DNA of 63,239 nt, counting the filler, from Pseudobdellovibrionaceae bacterium (lineage in GTDB: Bacteria > Bdellovibrionota > Bdellovibrionia > Bdellovibrionales > UBA1609): NCBI GenBank assembly GCA_030591685.1. It is 4 parts of 4 records of this genome, joined end to end, with 100 filler letters (N's around TTAATTAATTAA, not from the genome) between each part and the next. Parts side by side here need not be neighbours in the genome. Positions count along the whole stretch, not along the records: positions 1 to 28,872 come from JAUVAX010000001.1; positions 28,973 to 39,382 come from JAUVAX010000061.1; 2 more parts are not named here. One strand, written 5' to 3'. Positions 20,262 through 30,355 of this stretch are shown here, one piece after another. The notes below the pieces were generated by a model that saw only the letters and a program-made list of their open reading frames with translations, was not told the origin of the DNA and made no database searches. The number at the start of each line of letters is the position of its first letter. Position 1 is the first letter of the stretch. A program made the translations under genes and the position numbers.

Positions 20262-21854
20262 CTAAAGCCCCTCAGAGGTATGAAAGCTCACTTCTGGGTT
20301 TTCTTTCTCAAGCCACCCCTGGTCCCATTCACTGGATAGAAGTGCCACTAGGTGTCCTGATTTGTCTATAAATGTTCGAGCACTGCCCTTTAAACGCTCA
20401 GTTTGAGACAATGGCAATCCTCCGGGCTTATGCCGGGGCCATCGTGCCACAGCAAAGGGCATTTTTTCTAACTTTACGTTTAATTTGTATTCGTCGTTAA
20501 GCCTGTAAAGTAGAACCTCAAATTGAAGCTCTCCAATAACACCAATAATAGGGTCTTGATCTCCAACGATAGGGTCTATAAAAATTTGAATAGCCCCCTC
20601 TTCGGCTAATTGTTGAACCCCTTTTTGCAATTGCTTTTTCTTTAAGGGATCTTTAATCGAAAGACGTGCAAAGAGCTCAGGGCTAAATCGAGGCATATCT
20701 TGAAATTTTAGCTTTTTACCATCAGTTATCGTATCACCAATTTGATAGTTACCGGTGTCGACTATACCTATGATATCTCCAGCAAAAGCCTCCTCAACAG
20801 TTTCACGGTCTTGGGCTTGAAACTGGTTGGCATAAGAAAGCCTTAGCTCTCGATTTAAACGTTGATGAGTGACCTTCATGCCCCTCTCAAAACGACCTGA
20901 ACATACACGCAAAAAAGCCACTCTATCACGGTGGCGTTTATCCATATTGGCTTGGATTTTAAAAATAAAGCCACTAAAATTTTTACTCAGTGGGTCTACT
21001 AATTCTTTATTTTGAGACATATACCCCGCCGGCCCTGGGGCCAGGTCAATAAACATTTTTAAAAATATATCGACGCCCCAGTTATTTTTAGCCGACCCAA
21101 AAGTCATGGGACTCACCTCGCCGGCTAAAAAACTCTCCATATCCACGTCTCCCACAGCGACATCTAAAAGCTCCATGTCTTCAGCAAATTTGTCATAAAA
21201 CTCTTCTGGAAGATATTTTTTAACCAATTCGTCTTGCCAACCAGTGACGGGTATCACCTCAGGGTCCTCTTGCCCCAATTTATACAGATATATACTTTTT
21301 TCAACTCTATGAAATAATCCCTTAAAGCGGTCCCCCATGCCCATGGGCCAAGTTATGGGAATGCATTTTATCCCTAGGGTACTCTCTACATCGTCGATCA
21401 ATTCTAATGGATCCTTACCTTCACGGTCCATTTTATTTGCAAAGGTAAAAATAGGGATTTTTCTTTTACTACACACCTCAAAGAGCTTGCGGGTTTGCTT
21501 TTCAACGCCCTTAGCAGCATCTATAAGCATCGCTGCTGAATCTGCAGCCATGAGGGTTCTATAAGTGTCCTCACCAAAATCAACGTGACCAGGAGTATCT
21601 AGCAGGTTAATGCGAAACCCCTTATGGTCAAACTGCATAACACTGGATGTAATAGATACCCCTCTTTGCTGCTCTAAAGCCATCCAGTCCGATGTAGCCG
21701 CTTTTTTGCCCGACTTACCCTTCACCTCACCGGCCTCACGAATCACTCCTCCGTTATAAAGAATTTTCTCAGTGATTGTGGTTTTACCGGCATCGGGGTG
21801 AGAAATAATAGCAAAGGTTTTTCGCCTTTTTATTTCACTTTGTAAATTTGTCAT
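20262..21854 (-). CDS. prfC: Peptide chain release factor 3
   Basis: RRKTFAIISHPDAGKTT, DTPGH, NKMD, FKIQANMDKRHRDR. Confidence 0.97.
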   Translation of the reverse strand: MTNLQSEIKRRKTFAIISHPDAGKTTITEKILYNGGVIREAGEVKGKSGKKAATSDWMALEQQRGVSITSSVMQFDHKGFRINLLDTPGHVDFGEDTYRTLMAADSAAMLIDAAKGVEKQTRKLFEVCSKRKIPIFTFANKMDREGKDPLELIDDVESTLGIKCIPITWPMGMGDRFKGLFHRVEKSIYLYKLGQEDPEVIPVTGWQDELVKKYLPEEFYDKFAEDMELLDVAVGDVDMESFLAGEVSPMTFGSAKNNWGVDIFLKMFIDLAPGPAGYMSQNKELVDPLSKNFSGFIFKIQANMDKRHRDRVAFLRVCSGRFERGMKVTHQRLNRELRLSYANQFQAQDRETVEEAFAGDIIGIVDTGNYQIGDTITDGKKLKFQDMPRFSPELFARLSIKDPLKKKQLQKGVQQLAEEGAIQIFIDPIVGDQDPIIGVIGELQFEVLLYRLNDEYKLNVKLEKMPFAVARWPRHKPGGLPLSQTERLKGSARTFIDKSGHLVALLSSEWDQGWLEKENPEVSFHTSEGL

Positions 21855-22001
21855 GACTACACCTAGGGCCCTTATCGTTATCTAAATGATACCTAATTGA
21901 AATAAAAATCAGCTTATGTGTTTTGTCTTGTTACAGCAACCAAAATTTGATAATTTCTAAAATCTAAAAATGTACATCAAAAAGGGTAAAAGCGCGTTTC
22001 A

Positions 22002-22238
22002 ATGGCCGATAAAGACAATAAATTTTCTGAAAACAAACCGGGCGCATTTTATGTCGACCGTGAGTGCATTGCTTGTGATGCCTGTTGCATGACAGCCCCT
22101 GACAACTTCGGGATGGACGAGGATGATGGGCACGCTTTTATCCTCAAACAGCCAGCCTCTGAAGAAGAAAAGGAACAATGTATTGAGGCCCTCGAAGGCT
22201 GCCCTGTAGAATGTATTGGGGATGACGGCGATAAATAA
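22002..22238 (+). CDS. Single-cluster ferredoxin
   Basis: CIACDAC...AP..F and CPVECI. Confidence 0.92.
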   Translation: MADKDNKFSENKPGAFYVDRECIACDACCMTAPDNFGMDEDDGHAFILKQPASEEEKEQCIEALEGCPVECIGDDGDK

Positions 22239-22344
22239 TCACCTCGCTTTTTTAAAGACACACTACTCTTTTTTTTACTTTACCGATAAAATATAAAAGC
22301 CCTAAAGGCCGCTCTCAAGTAAACACATAAATAAGCTCTAAACT

Positions 22345-23184
22345 TTAGGACTCTGTTAGGCCAACACTCTCACCATACTTTACTGAAAAAGGCTTTATCA
22401 CCTCAGATAAAGTCACACCCTCAGGATAAAGAACAATAACCGTGCTACCCATATTAAAGGTTCCGAGTTCATCGCCTTTTTTAATTTCAATTCTTGGAGA
22501 GTAGCTTTTTTCAACAGGGTAGCTTTTAAAAAAACTTTGATTTGTTACAATAGACTTGTCAAAATTTAACGTCATTTTACCTACGTTTGTAGCCCCCACC
22601 ATAACATAAGCTACGGGGCCGAATTCAGTGCCCATCCAAATCACAACTCTTTCGTTCGACGAAAACAAATTATCAATACTATTTACGCTCCAATTATTCA
22701 CCGGCCATAACTTACCAGGGATGTACTGAATACTTATAATTTCGCCCTCACATGGGGCGTGGACTCGGTGATAATCTGTAGGGCACAAATAATAAGTTAA
22801 AGCCTTTCCGTTTTTAAATATCTCATAGGCCTTAGGTTCTTTTAAAAAAATAGGGAGCGAAAACGTATGGGTCTTTGCCTGTATCAAGCTCTCGTTAACG
22901 ATTTTCTGAGACCGAGTCAAAGTCCCATCCACGGGATGGACAATTTTTGACTCTGACAGGGGGCGGATTCCAGCCTTTAGGCGACGGGTAAATAATTTTG
23001 CAATACTTGAGTACTTGTCTATAGGCCTTTCGGCCTCCTCTAGATTAATGTTATATCTGGATGCAAAAGCCCTTAATAGTATTTTTCGAACAAAAAATGG
23101 CCACCGAATACAAACTAAAATCCCAATAAAGCGACTCAACGTATTTTTAGGAACTATATATAAAATAAACCAAAAAAGTTGCAT
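22345..23184 (-). CDS. psd: Phosphatidylserine decarboxylase proenzyme
   Basis: FTRRLK, YLCPTDYHRVH, NERV, VGATNVG, F.MGSTV self-cleavage site. Confidence 0.95.
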   Translation of the reverse strand: MQLFWFILYIVPKNTLSRFIGILVCIRWPFFVRKILLRAFASRYNINLEEAERPIDKYSSIAKLFTRRLKAGIRPLSESKIVHPVDGTLTRSQKIVNESLIQAKTHTFSLPIFLKEPKAYEIFKNGKALTYYLCPTDYHRVHAPCEGEIISIQYIPGKLWPVNNWSVNSIDNLFSSNERVVIWMGTEFGPVAYVMVGATNVGKMTLNFDKSIVTNQSFFKSYPVEKSYSPRIEIKKGDELGTFNMGSTVIVLYPEGVTLSEVIKPFSVKYGESVGLTES

Positions 23185-23458
23185 GCTCTCCCAAACTTTG
23201 AATACTAAACCTTAACACTATATTCGGGTTAAAAAAAAAAGTCTAGTTCTCAGCCCTCCCCGCAGCATAAACCCATAAGTTCGCATTGATTCACTCAAAA
23301 ACAGACTCATTTTTAAACAAAAAAGCCTCTCATTTGCCCCCTTCTCGCCCAATTAAGGGGATATGTATAAAATTCAAAATTATGCGCTGCAAGAGGTTTC
23401 ACTTACACATTAGTAAACACTTGAGATAGTCTTAACATCCCTAAAGGATCTGATTTTT

Positions 23459-25018
23459 ATGAGTAAAAAATTTTCTGATATAAAGCTTGGGCTCGATGAA
23501 GACTTAGAGGAGAAGCTACAATGGCTGTCCCCCGATTACGGGTCTTATCATATTTTAAAAAAATCAGTGGACGCCCGAAAAAAAAAAGACGTCCATTTTG
23601 TATACTCCCTAGAGGTTTTTGACAAAGCTGAGAGTATTAAAACAAACTCCTACCCTGTGAGTAAAGTTAAATACTCCGGGGCACCTGTCGTAATAATTGG
23701 AGCCGGCCCTGCAGGTCTATTTGCAGCCCTTAGACTTGTTGAACGAGGGGTTCCCTGCACCCTTATCGAGCAAGGGTCAGAAACAGTAAAACGCATTAAG
23801 AGCATCAATCGATTTTGGAGAAACGGAGAACTTGATGAGAAAAACAATGTCTGTTTTGGCGAAGGTGGGGCCGGGCTGTTTTCAGATGGTAAACTCATCA
23901 CTCGTATCAAATCCCCCTACATACCCTATGTGCTCCATCGCCTTGTTCAATTTGGAGCCCCTGAGGAGATTAAATACTTAGCAAACCCTCACATGGGTTC
24001 AGATAAGCTCCGACGCATCATCCCCCCAATGCGTGAGTACTTAAAACAAAATGGATGCCAAGTTAAATACGACACAAAAGTCACAGAAATTTTATCGACA
24101 GGCACTGAGGTGACTGGCATAAAAACACAAAGTGGCGAGACCATTCACTCTGAGCATATTATTTTAGCCTGCGGCCACTCCTCTAACGATATGTTTGATC
24201 ACTTAAAAAATATTGGTGTATTTATAGAGGGTAAATCCTTTGCTATTGGTCTTCGAGTGGAGCACCCTCAAGCGCTTATTGATCAAATTCAATATAAATC
24301 ATTCTCTGGTCACCCAAAGCTTGGGACGGCTAACTATAAGCTCACCCATCACGATCACAAAACAAACACAGGTGTTTATAGTTTTTGCATGTGCCCGGGG
24401 GGGTATGTGCTCTCTTGCGCAACAGAGCCTAACACTACTGTTTGCAACGGTATGAGTAATTTTAAACGCAACTCAAATTTTGCAAACTCGGCCGTTGTTG
24501 TGAGCATTGATCATAAAAAAACTTTTGGCGAAAACAACACTTTTGCTGGAATGGAGTATCGAAAAAAACTAGAACAGTCCGCCTACAATGCTGTTATTAA
24601 AGCCGGCGGTAGTAAACAATTACCTGCTCAAAAGCTCACTGATTTTATAGAGGGGAAGCTGAGCCCTCTGTCTAAGGTGTCTTCGCCCTCAGGAGCTGTG
24701 CCCGTGAGGCTTGATCAAGTCCTCCCTCCGAATATCACAGAATTTCTCACTCAAGGTTTAATGCAATTTTCAAACTCTATGAAGGGGTTTATAGATAAAG
24801 AGGCTCAGCTTTTTGGGGTCGAATCCAGAACCTCTTGCCCCCTTAGAATCACAAGAGACCCTGTCACTTTACACTCTATCAGTCATAAAGGTCTCTACCC
24901 TACCGGAGAAGGGGCCGGTTATGCCGGAGGCATCACCTCAGCAGCCTGCGATGGGATTAAAGTTGTTGAGTCCATTATTGAACAAGTCTGTTCACAAAAA
25001 GAACACTCCGTACTTTAA
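23459..25018 (+). CDS. FAD-dependent oxidoreductase (COG2509-like)
   Basis: GAGPAG; FGEGGAGLFSDGKL; YSFCMCPGG; GEGAGYAGGITSAA.DG. Confidence 0.9.
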   Translation: MSKKFSDIKLGLDEDLEEKLQWLSPDYGSYHILKKSVDARKKKDVHFVYSLEVFDKAESIKTNSYPVSKVKYSGAPVVIIGAGPAGLFAALRLVERGVPCTLIEQGSETVKRIKSINRFWRNGELDEKNNVCFGEGGAGLFSDGKLITRIKSPYIPYVLHRLVQFGAPEEIKYLANPHMGSDKLRRIIPPMREYLKQNGCQVKYDTKVTEILSTGTEVTGIKTQSGETIHSEHIILACGHSSNDMFDHLKNIGVFIEGKSFAIGLRVEHPQALIDQIQYKSFSGHPKLGTANYKLTHHDHKTNTGVYSFCMCPGGYVLSCATEPNTTVCNGMSNFKRNSNFANSAVVVSIDHKKTFGENNTFAGMEYRKKLEQSAYNAVIKAGGSKQLPAQKLTDFIEGKLSPLSKVSSPSGAVPVRLDQVLPPNITEFLTQGLMQFSNSMKGFIDKEAQLFGVESRTSCPLRITRDPVTLHSISHKGLYPTGEGAGYAGGITSAACDGIKVVESIIEQVCSQKEHSVL

Positions 25019-25035
25019 ACGTAAAATCTGTTTTT

Positions 25036-26190
25036 TTACTCGACCTGGTTTTCGGGTCCGGGCTTAGGATTGAGGATTTCTTGCACTTTCTCTCCGGCAA
25101 CAACAGGGGGCTCCTCTGTACCCTCAGGGGGCGAAGAGGGGTCTAGGTGTTGCTTCGGACTCTCGCCCTCAGCACTGTCTTCCGTTAGCAAAGGCGCCTC
25201 AATAGACACACTTGAATCTTCCGCTAGTTGGGCTTCAGCCACTAAATGATCATACTTTTCTAACCATTTTTTATCTTTCTCACAAACCTCTTCACCAAAC
25301 TCTAAGGACTCTCTAATATCTTGAGCCCTTTCGCTTTCTTGTTTTTCTTTCTTACGGCGCTTTTCTTCTTCAAAAAACTCTGAACTAATTGATATTTCTG
25401 ACAACTGACCTGAGATTTTATCTAATTCATCTGACGAAGAGGAGTAACTGGTAATGGCCTCTTGCTGTAGAGAACCCGCCACTTCGCCAAGAGTTTCATT
25501 TTGCTCCACAGGCTCAGACTCGATCCCCTCAGGCAAGAGCTCATCAATCTCAGGTATCGACGGCAGCTCTTTTAAATTTCGTAACCCAAAAATTTCTAAA
25601 AACTTACGTGTTGTTTGATAAAGCATCGGCTTGCCGGGCAGTTCGCTTTTTCCCGCAAAAGATAATAAACCTTTATCCATAAGGGCTCTTATTAAATGTC
25701 CGGACTCGACACCTCTAATTTCATCTACATGAAATTTAACACAAGGCTGCTTATAAACAACAATCGAAAGTACCTCTAAGGCCGGGGTGGACAATTTAAA
25801 AGGTCTCGCCTTAACCATTCGTTTTAAAAACACCATATTATCTGGTTTTGTGCGAAGCTGATAGCCCCCAGAGACTTCTTCTATAGAAACCCCCCTGTCC
25901 CCGCCCGCATATAGAACCATAAGTTCATCTATGGCTGACTTTATTTTTTTAATATCAACCACGGTCCCCTTAAAGGCTTGCTTTAAACTTGAAAGGCTCT
26001 GTGGGCGATCCGTGGAAAACAAAATACTCTCGATAATAGAAAGTACTTTTTCGTCCTCGATAAATTCTTTTTGCTCAATGTCGGCTTTTTCAAAATTTTC
26101 TAACTCACTGCCTTCGACTTGCATGGGCTCTTCAGGGGCCTCACAGAGTTCCTCTGTGACTGTCATTACGTCTTCTTCCATCATACTCAC
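25036..26190 (-). CDS. scpB: SMC-Scp complex subunit ScpB with acidic extensions
   Basis: IESILF, GGYQLRT, ALEVLSIV.YKQP, IRGV, PG.P.LY.TT.KFL..FGL..L.ELP. Confidence 0.95.
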   Translation of the reverse strand: MSMMEEDVMTVTEELCEAPEEPMQVEGSELENFEKADIEQKEFIEDEKVLSIIESILFSTDRPQSLSSLKQAFKGTVVDIKKIKSAIDELMVLYAGGDRGVSIEEVSGGYQLRTKPDNMVFLKRMVKARPFKLSTPALEVLSIVVYKQPCVKFHVDEIRGVESGHLIRALMDKGLLSFAGKSELPGKPMLYQTTRKFLEIFGLRNLKELPSIPEIDELLPEGIESEPVEQNETLGEVAGSLQQEAITSYSSSSDELDKISGQLSEISISSEFFEEEKRRKKEKQESERAQDIRESLEFGEEVCEKDKKWLEKYDHLVAEAQLAEDSSVSIEAPLLTEDSAEGESPKQHLDPSSPPEGTEEPPVVAGEKVQEILNPKPGPENQVE

Positions 26191-27233
26191 TCTCCGTCTT
26201 CTGGCTCATTTTTAGGGGCTTCAGCGCGTATATTTAAACGCTGTTCTTCTTCAGTGATCTCTTCATCGGTGGCCGCTTCAATAACAATGGGCTGATCGTC
26301 CTCACTGAGCTCCACTACTGGTGGCAATGCCTCACCCGTCACTAAAGTTTCTGATGGCGCCTCATTAGTAGTTAAAGTTTCTTCATTCGACAGATCCTCT
26401 TCGGTTAAAGAAATCTCCACTTTGTCCCCTTTGTTTTCTAATATATTTTCATCACTCAAATAACTATAAGCATCGTCAACTTCGATCACGTGAGAATCAA
26501 TATTTTTTTTAGGTAAAATATAAATGTCCGATAACGGCTCTGATTGATACAAAGACACATAGCCTAATTTACAGAGCTCTAAAAAAGAAAGAAAGGTCAC
26601 TAGAACCTGATTTGTGGCATCTTCAGCCTTGTCGATAAAGTCCTTAAAAACAACACGTTGACCAATCATTAAACGGTCTTTAATTTCAGCCACTCTCTCG
26701 GCCACTGACTGGAGCTCGCCTAAAACCTTATGAACTGTGTTTTTCATGTTTTGTATCGTAGAGCGATAGGCACGGATAAGAGCAAACAACGGGTTGTCTT
26801 CAATGATAATTTCATCTTCGTCTAAATTTTTAATTTCTGTTTTATATCCCCTTAACCAAATATCCCGACCCACAAGAGGCCTGTCGTATAATTGCTTAGA
26901 AACCCCTTGAAATTGCTCGTACTCTAAAAGTCGCTGCACTAAGGCCTTTCTTGGGTCATCAATATCAATCTCATCACCATTGTCATCGTACTGAGGCAGC
27001 AACATTCGAGATTTAATATGTATCAACGTTGCGGCCATGGCTATAAATTCACCGGCCACCTCTAAATCTAGTTTTTTCATGGCTTTGATGTACTCTAAGT
27101 ATTGTTGAGTAATGTGGTGAACGTTAATGTCAAAAACATCCATCTCATCACGTCGAATTAAGTAGAGCAAAAGCGCTAAGGGGCCTTCGAACTTTTCAAT
27201 TTGAATATGTAAACTCAAAGCCTCACCCCACAA
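26187..27233 (-). CDS. scpA: Segregation/condensation protein A (kleisin)
   Basis: FEGPLALLLYLI, EFIAMAATLIHIKSRMLLP, DPR..LVQRLLEY, TFLSFLEL. Confidence 0.95.
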   Translation of the reverse strand: MWGEALSLHIQIEKFEGPLALLLYLIRRDEMDVFDINVHHITQQYLEYIKAMKKLDLEVAGEFIAMAATLIHIKSRMLLPQYDDNGDEIDIDDPRKALVQRLLEYEQFQGVSKQLYDRPLVGRDIWLRGYKTEIKNLDEDEIIIEDNPLFALIRAYRSTIQNMKNTVHKVLGELQSVAERVAEIKDRLMIGQRVVFKDFIDKAEDATNQVLVTFLSFLELCKLGYVSLYQSEPLSDIYILPKKNIDSHVIEVDDAYSYLSDENILENKGDKVEISLTEEDLSNEETLTTNEAPSETLVTGEALPPVVELSEDDQPIVIEAATDEEITEEEQRLNIRAEAPKNEPEDGE

Positions 27234-27641
27234 GTTATAAAAAAATATTTGTCGACTCTTTTAAAACTCTTCACCCTAGGTGTTAAGAGGTCTAAAATAC
27301 TTCAACTAAAAAGCCTCCCAAGGAGACAAATAACAGCCATTTTATTGAAACAACCCTCGACTAAAGTTGCAAGAAAACTTTTTAAAACTCTTAAAAAATA
27401 ATTTTTGTAATATTTAAATTTATGTCTACTTATCAAGCACTTACACTGACAAGCTCAACCACTTTAGTCATCTGTTGGCCAGTGTTGCCGCGGCGCATCG
27501 CCATTGGCCTCATAAATAACTCAGCACTTAAACACACCACCCCGGCCCCTTCTATTTAAAAATCTATATTGCAAATAAATTAAGTGCCAGACCTCACTCA
27601 TCAATGCCTTGTGTACATTATAACAACAATGGGGCTTTTAA

Positions 27642-28283
27642 TTAAATTGCCAGTTGAAACATTAATTCCGCCATCCACATGGCGGGCACTAATAAAATTC
27701 GGCCAAAACCTAAGTAAAAAGAGGCCATCAAGCCCACCATGATAAACATTTGGTACTGTTCGAGCATTTGGTTAAAGCTGTCGGGTAAAAAGCGACCTAT
27801 AATTTTACCCCCATCTAAGGGATGTAGAGGTATTAAATTAAATACTGCGAGTAAAAAATTAAAATAAATAAATTGAGCAAAGGCCCTTAGCAAAGCCCCC
27901 TTAACGATGAGGCCAAAAACCCCCGTACAAAGAGCTAAAATTAGAGTGGCCACCACAGCAAGAATCACATTGGCCGCAGGGCCCGCTAGAGCCACCCAAA
28001 ACATATCATTTTTAGGGTCTTTTAAATTTCTGGGATTTACAGGTACAGGCTTCGCCCACCCGATTAAAAATTTAACGGGTGATAACCAACCTATGATAGG
28101 TAAAATTATCGTGCCTATAATATCAGCATGGGCGATAGGGTTTAAAGTGAGGCGACCCATAATTTTTGCCGTATCGTCCCCCCTAAGGTGAGCCACCCAG
28201 CCATGGGCAAACTCATGAAAGCTCAAAGAGAACAAAAACGTAATAAGAAATAGCATTAATTCAGCAAGATTGATATTTTCCAT
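27642..28283 (-). CDS. Site-2 protease (M50 family); likely start ATG 28283
   Basis: HEFAH; GRLTLNP; GWAKPVP; VALAGP; FNLIPLHPLDGG. Confidence 0.93.
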   Translation of the reverse strand: MENINLAELMLFLITFLFSLSFHEFAHGWVAHLRGDDTAKIMGRLTLNPIAHADIIGTIILPIIGWLSPVKFLIGWAKPVPVNPRNLKDPKNDMFWVALAGPAANVILAVVATLILALCTGVFGLIVKGALLRAFAQFIYFNFLLAVFNLIPLHPLDGGKIIGRFLPDSFNQMLEQYQMFIMVGLMASFYLGFGRILLVPAMWMAELMFQLAI

Positions 28284-28308
28284 AGAACACACTTATACTA
28301 TGGACTCC

Positions 28309-28872
28309 ATGAAAAAAGCAAAGACGTTTGAAATTCTTTTTTTTATCTCACTGCTGACTCAAAGCTCTTTTGCGGCCTACTCTAACTACAACTCTATACT
28401 TATCGGTGAGCGCGCCGCGGGCATGGGCGGAGCCTACACAGCACTTACAGGTGACCCTTCAGCCGGTGCTTATTACAACCCCGCCACCCTCTCACGAATG
28501 AAGGGGACGAGTTTAAGTACAACGGCGAACCTCTACGTAAAGTCAGACATTAACTACTCTGAAAGTGGATTTCTTGACGCGACCTCACGCATTAACCAAG
28601 GCTCAATACAACCCGTTCCTGCATCTAGCGGAACCGTACACACTTTTGGAAATTTTGCGTTTGGGATATCACTTTTACTCCCTGATCACTATGTTTACGC
28701 CGGCCATGTAGAGTCCACGACAGACACCAACTCCTTTGTAAATATTAATGACAAGTCTCTTTGGGTGGGTGGGTCTCTAGCTATGAACATTGGCCCTGAT
28801 GAAAGCTTAGGCCTCAGCCTTTACTACACGGCACGAACATTTGCTCGCTCTGTTACAGACCTAGATAAAACA
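28309..28872 (+). CDS. FadL/OmpP1-like outer-membrane barrel protein, truncated at contig end
   Basis: Signal peptide from ATG 28309; GERAAGMGGAYTAL..D..A.YYNPA.L motif. Confidence 0.75.
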
Positions 28873-28972
28873 NNNNNNNNNNNNNNNNNNNNNNNNNNNN
28901 NNNNNNNNNNNNNNNNTTAATTAATTAANNNNNNNNNNNNNNNNNNNNNNNNNNNNNNNNNNNNNNNNNNNN
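28873..28972. other. Artificial contig spacer
   Basis: N44-TTAATTAATTAA-N44, stop codons in all six frames. Confidence 0.97.
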
Positions 28973-30337
28973 ATTTACGGCAAGGTGGGTGAGAGTGGAG
29001 TGAGCATTGCGACACTAGATGACATGAAAAAGCTCTATGCGGGTTTTGATTTATGTGACCCCTCAACGTCTGTTTCTATGACTATTAACGGCCCGGCCCC
29101 AATGATTTTAGCCTTTTTTATGAATACGGCTATAGATCAACAAGTTGAAAAAAAGAAACTCGAACTGGGCCGAGATTTAAACAGTAATGAGCACGCCGAG
29201 CTTGTTGAGTATGTATTTAAAAATGTGAGAGGCACAGTACAAGCTGACATATTAAAAGAAGACCAAGGGCAGAACACTTGCATTTTTTCAATTGATTTTG
29301 CCCTTAAAATGATGGGTGATATACAGAAATTTTTTATTGAAAAGAAAATACAAAATTTTTATTCAGTGAGTATTTCGGGCTACCATATTGCCGAAGCCGG
29401 GGCGAACCCCATCACTCAATTGGCCTTAACTTTAAGTAACGCTTTTACTTATGTAGAATATTATAAGTCCCGTGGTATGGACGTAAATACTTTTGCGCCT
29501 AATTTAAGCTTTTTCTTTTCTAATGGTCTAGACCCTGAGTACTCAGTGATAGGGCGCGTGGCTCGGAGGATTTGGGCGATCACCATGAAGCACCTGTATG
29601 GGGCTAGTGAAAAATCTCAAAAATTAAAATACCATATACAAACAAGTGGTCGTTCGCTGCATGCTCAAGAAATTGATTTTAATGATATTCGGACCACGTT
29701 ACAAGCGCTCACGGCGATTTCAGATAACTGTAACTCTTTACACACAAACGCCTACGATGAGGCCATAACAACGCCCACTGAAGAGTCAGTAAGACGTGCT
29801 CAGGCCATACAGTTAATTATAAATAAAGAGTACGGTTATAATAAAAATGAAAACCCTGTGCAGGGGAGCTACTTTATTGAGTGGCTCACAGATAAGGTAG
29901 AAGAGACTGTATTAGATGAGTTTTTAAAAATTAACGAACGCGGTGGAGTACTTGGGGCTATGGAAACTCAGTTTCAAAGAGGTCAAATACAAGAAGAGTC
30001 CATGTATTATGAGCACCTTAAGCACTCAGGGGCCTTCCCTGTAGTGGGGGTAAATACGTTTATTGACCCTAAAACATTGCATGAAGAGTTTGAGCCCCCT
30101 AAAATTGAGCTCAGACGAGCCTCTATAAAGGAGAAGGACCAACAATTAAATAATACCAAGGCCTATCAAGAGGCCCATAAAACAGAGTCAAAAAAGCAGC
30201 TAGAAAACCTTCAGTCGGTGGCCTTAAGGGGTGAGAATGTTTTTGAGGCCTTGATGAGTGCTTCTCGTCATTGCAGTTTATTTCAAATGACCGATGCACT
30301 TTATAAAGTCGGCGGGCAGTACAGGCGTAATATTTAA
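28973..30337 (+). CDS. icmF: Fused isobutyryl-CoA mutase/GTPase IcmF, C-terminal part (5' end lost at contig break)
   Basis: [39 protein letters not shown]; ends VGGQYRRN with no C-terminal B12 domain, as in IcmF. Confidence 0.9.
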   Translation: MYGKVGESGVSIATLDDMKKLYAGFDLCDPSTSVSMTINGPAPMILAFFMNTAIDQQVEKKKLELGRDLNSNEHAELVEYVFKNVRGTVQADILKEDQGQNTCIFSIDFALKMMGDIQKFFIEKKIQNFYSVSISGYHIAEAGANPITQLALTLSNAFTYVEYYKSRGMDVNTFAPNLSFFFSNGLDPEYSVIGRVARRIWAITMKHLYGASEKSQKLKYHIQTSGRSLHAQEIDFNDIRTTLQALTAISDNCNSLHTNAYDEAITTPTEESVRRAQAIQLIINKEYGYNKNENPVQGSYFIEWLTDKVEETVLDEFLKINERGGVLGAMETQFQRGQIQEESMYYEHLKHSGAFPVVGVNTFIDPKTLHEEFEPPKIELRRASIKEKDQQLNNTKAYQEAHKTESKKQLENLQSVALRGENVFEALMSASRHCSLFQMTDALYKVGGQYRRNI

Positions 30338-30355
30338 AATATTAAGGGTAAAAAA

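Noticed and set aside
25036..27233. Long acidic tails on ScpA and ScpB
   Set aside because: Low-complexity extensions are common on these proteins in this broad lineage; no extra domain evident
27570..27592. Possible sigma-54 promoter (minus strand TGGCAC...TTGC)
   Set aside because: Spacing between TGGCAC and TTGC is 9 nt rather than the required 5
28917..28928. TTAATTAATTAA palindrome repeated three times (also 39427-39438 and 58330-58341)
   Set aside because: Centred in identical N44 blocks: an artificial six-frame-stop contig linker, not biology
28270..30337. Apparent neighbourhoods across gaps (FadL-like with icmF; Cys-rich island with M16; tRNA with menD) and apparently truncated genes
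   Set aside because: Different contigs; truncations are assembly edges rather than pseudogenes
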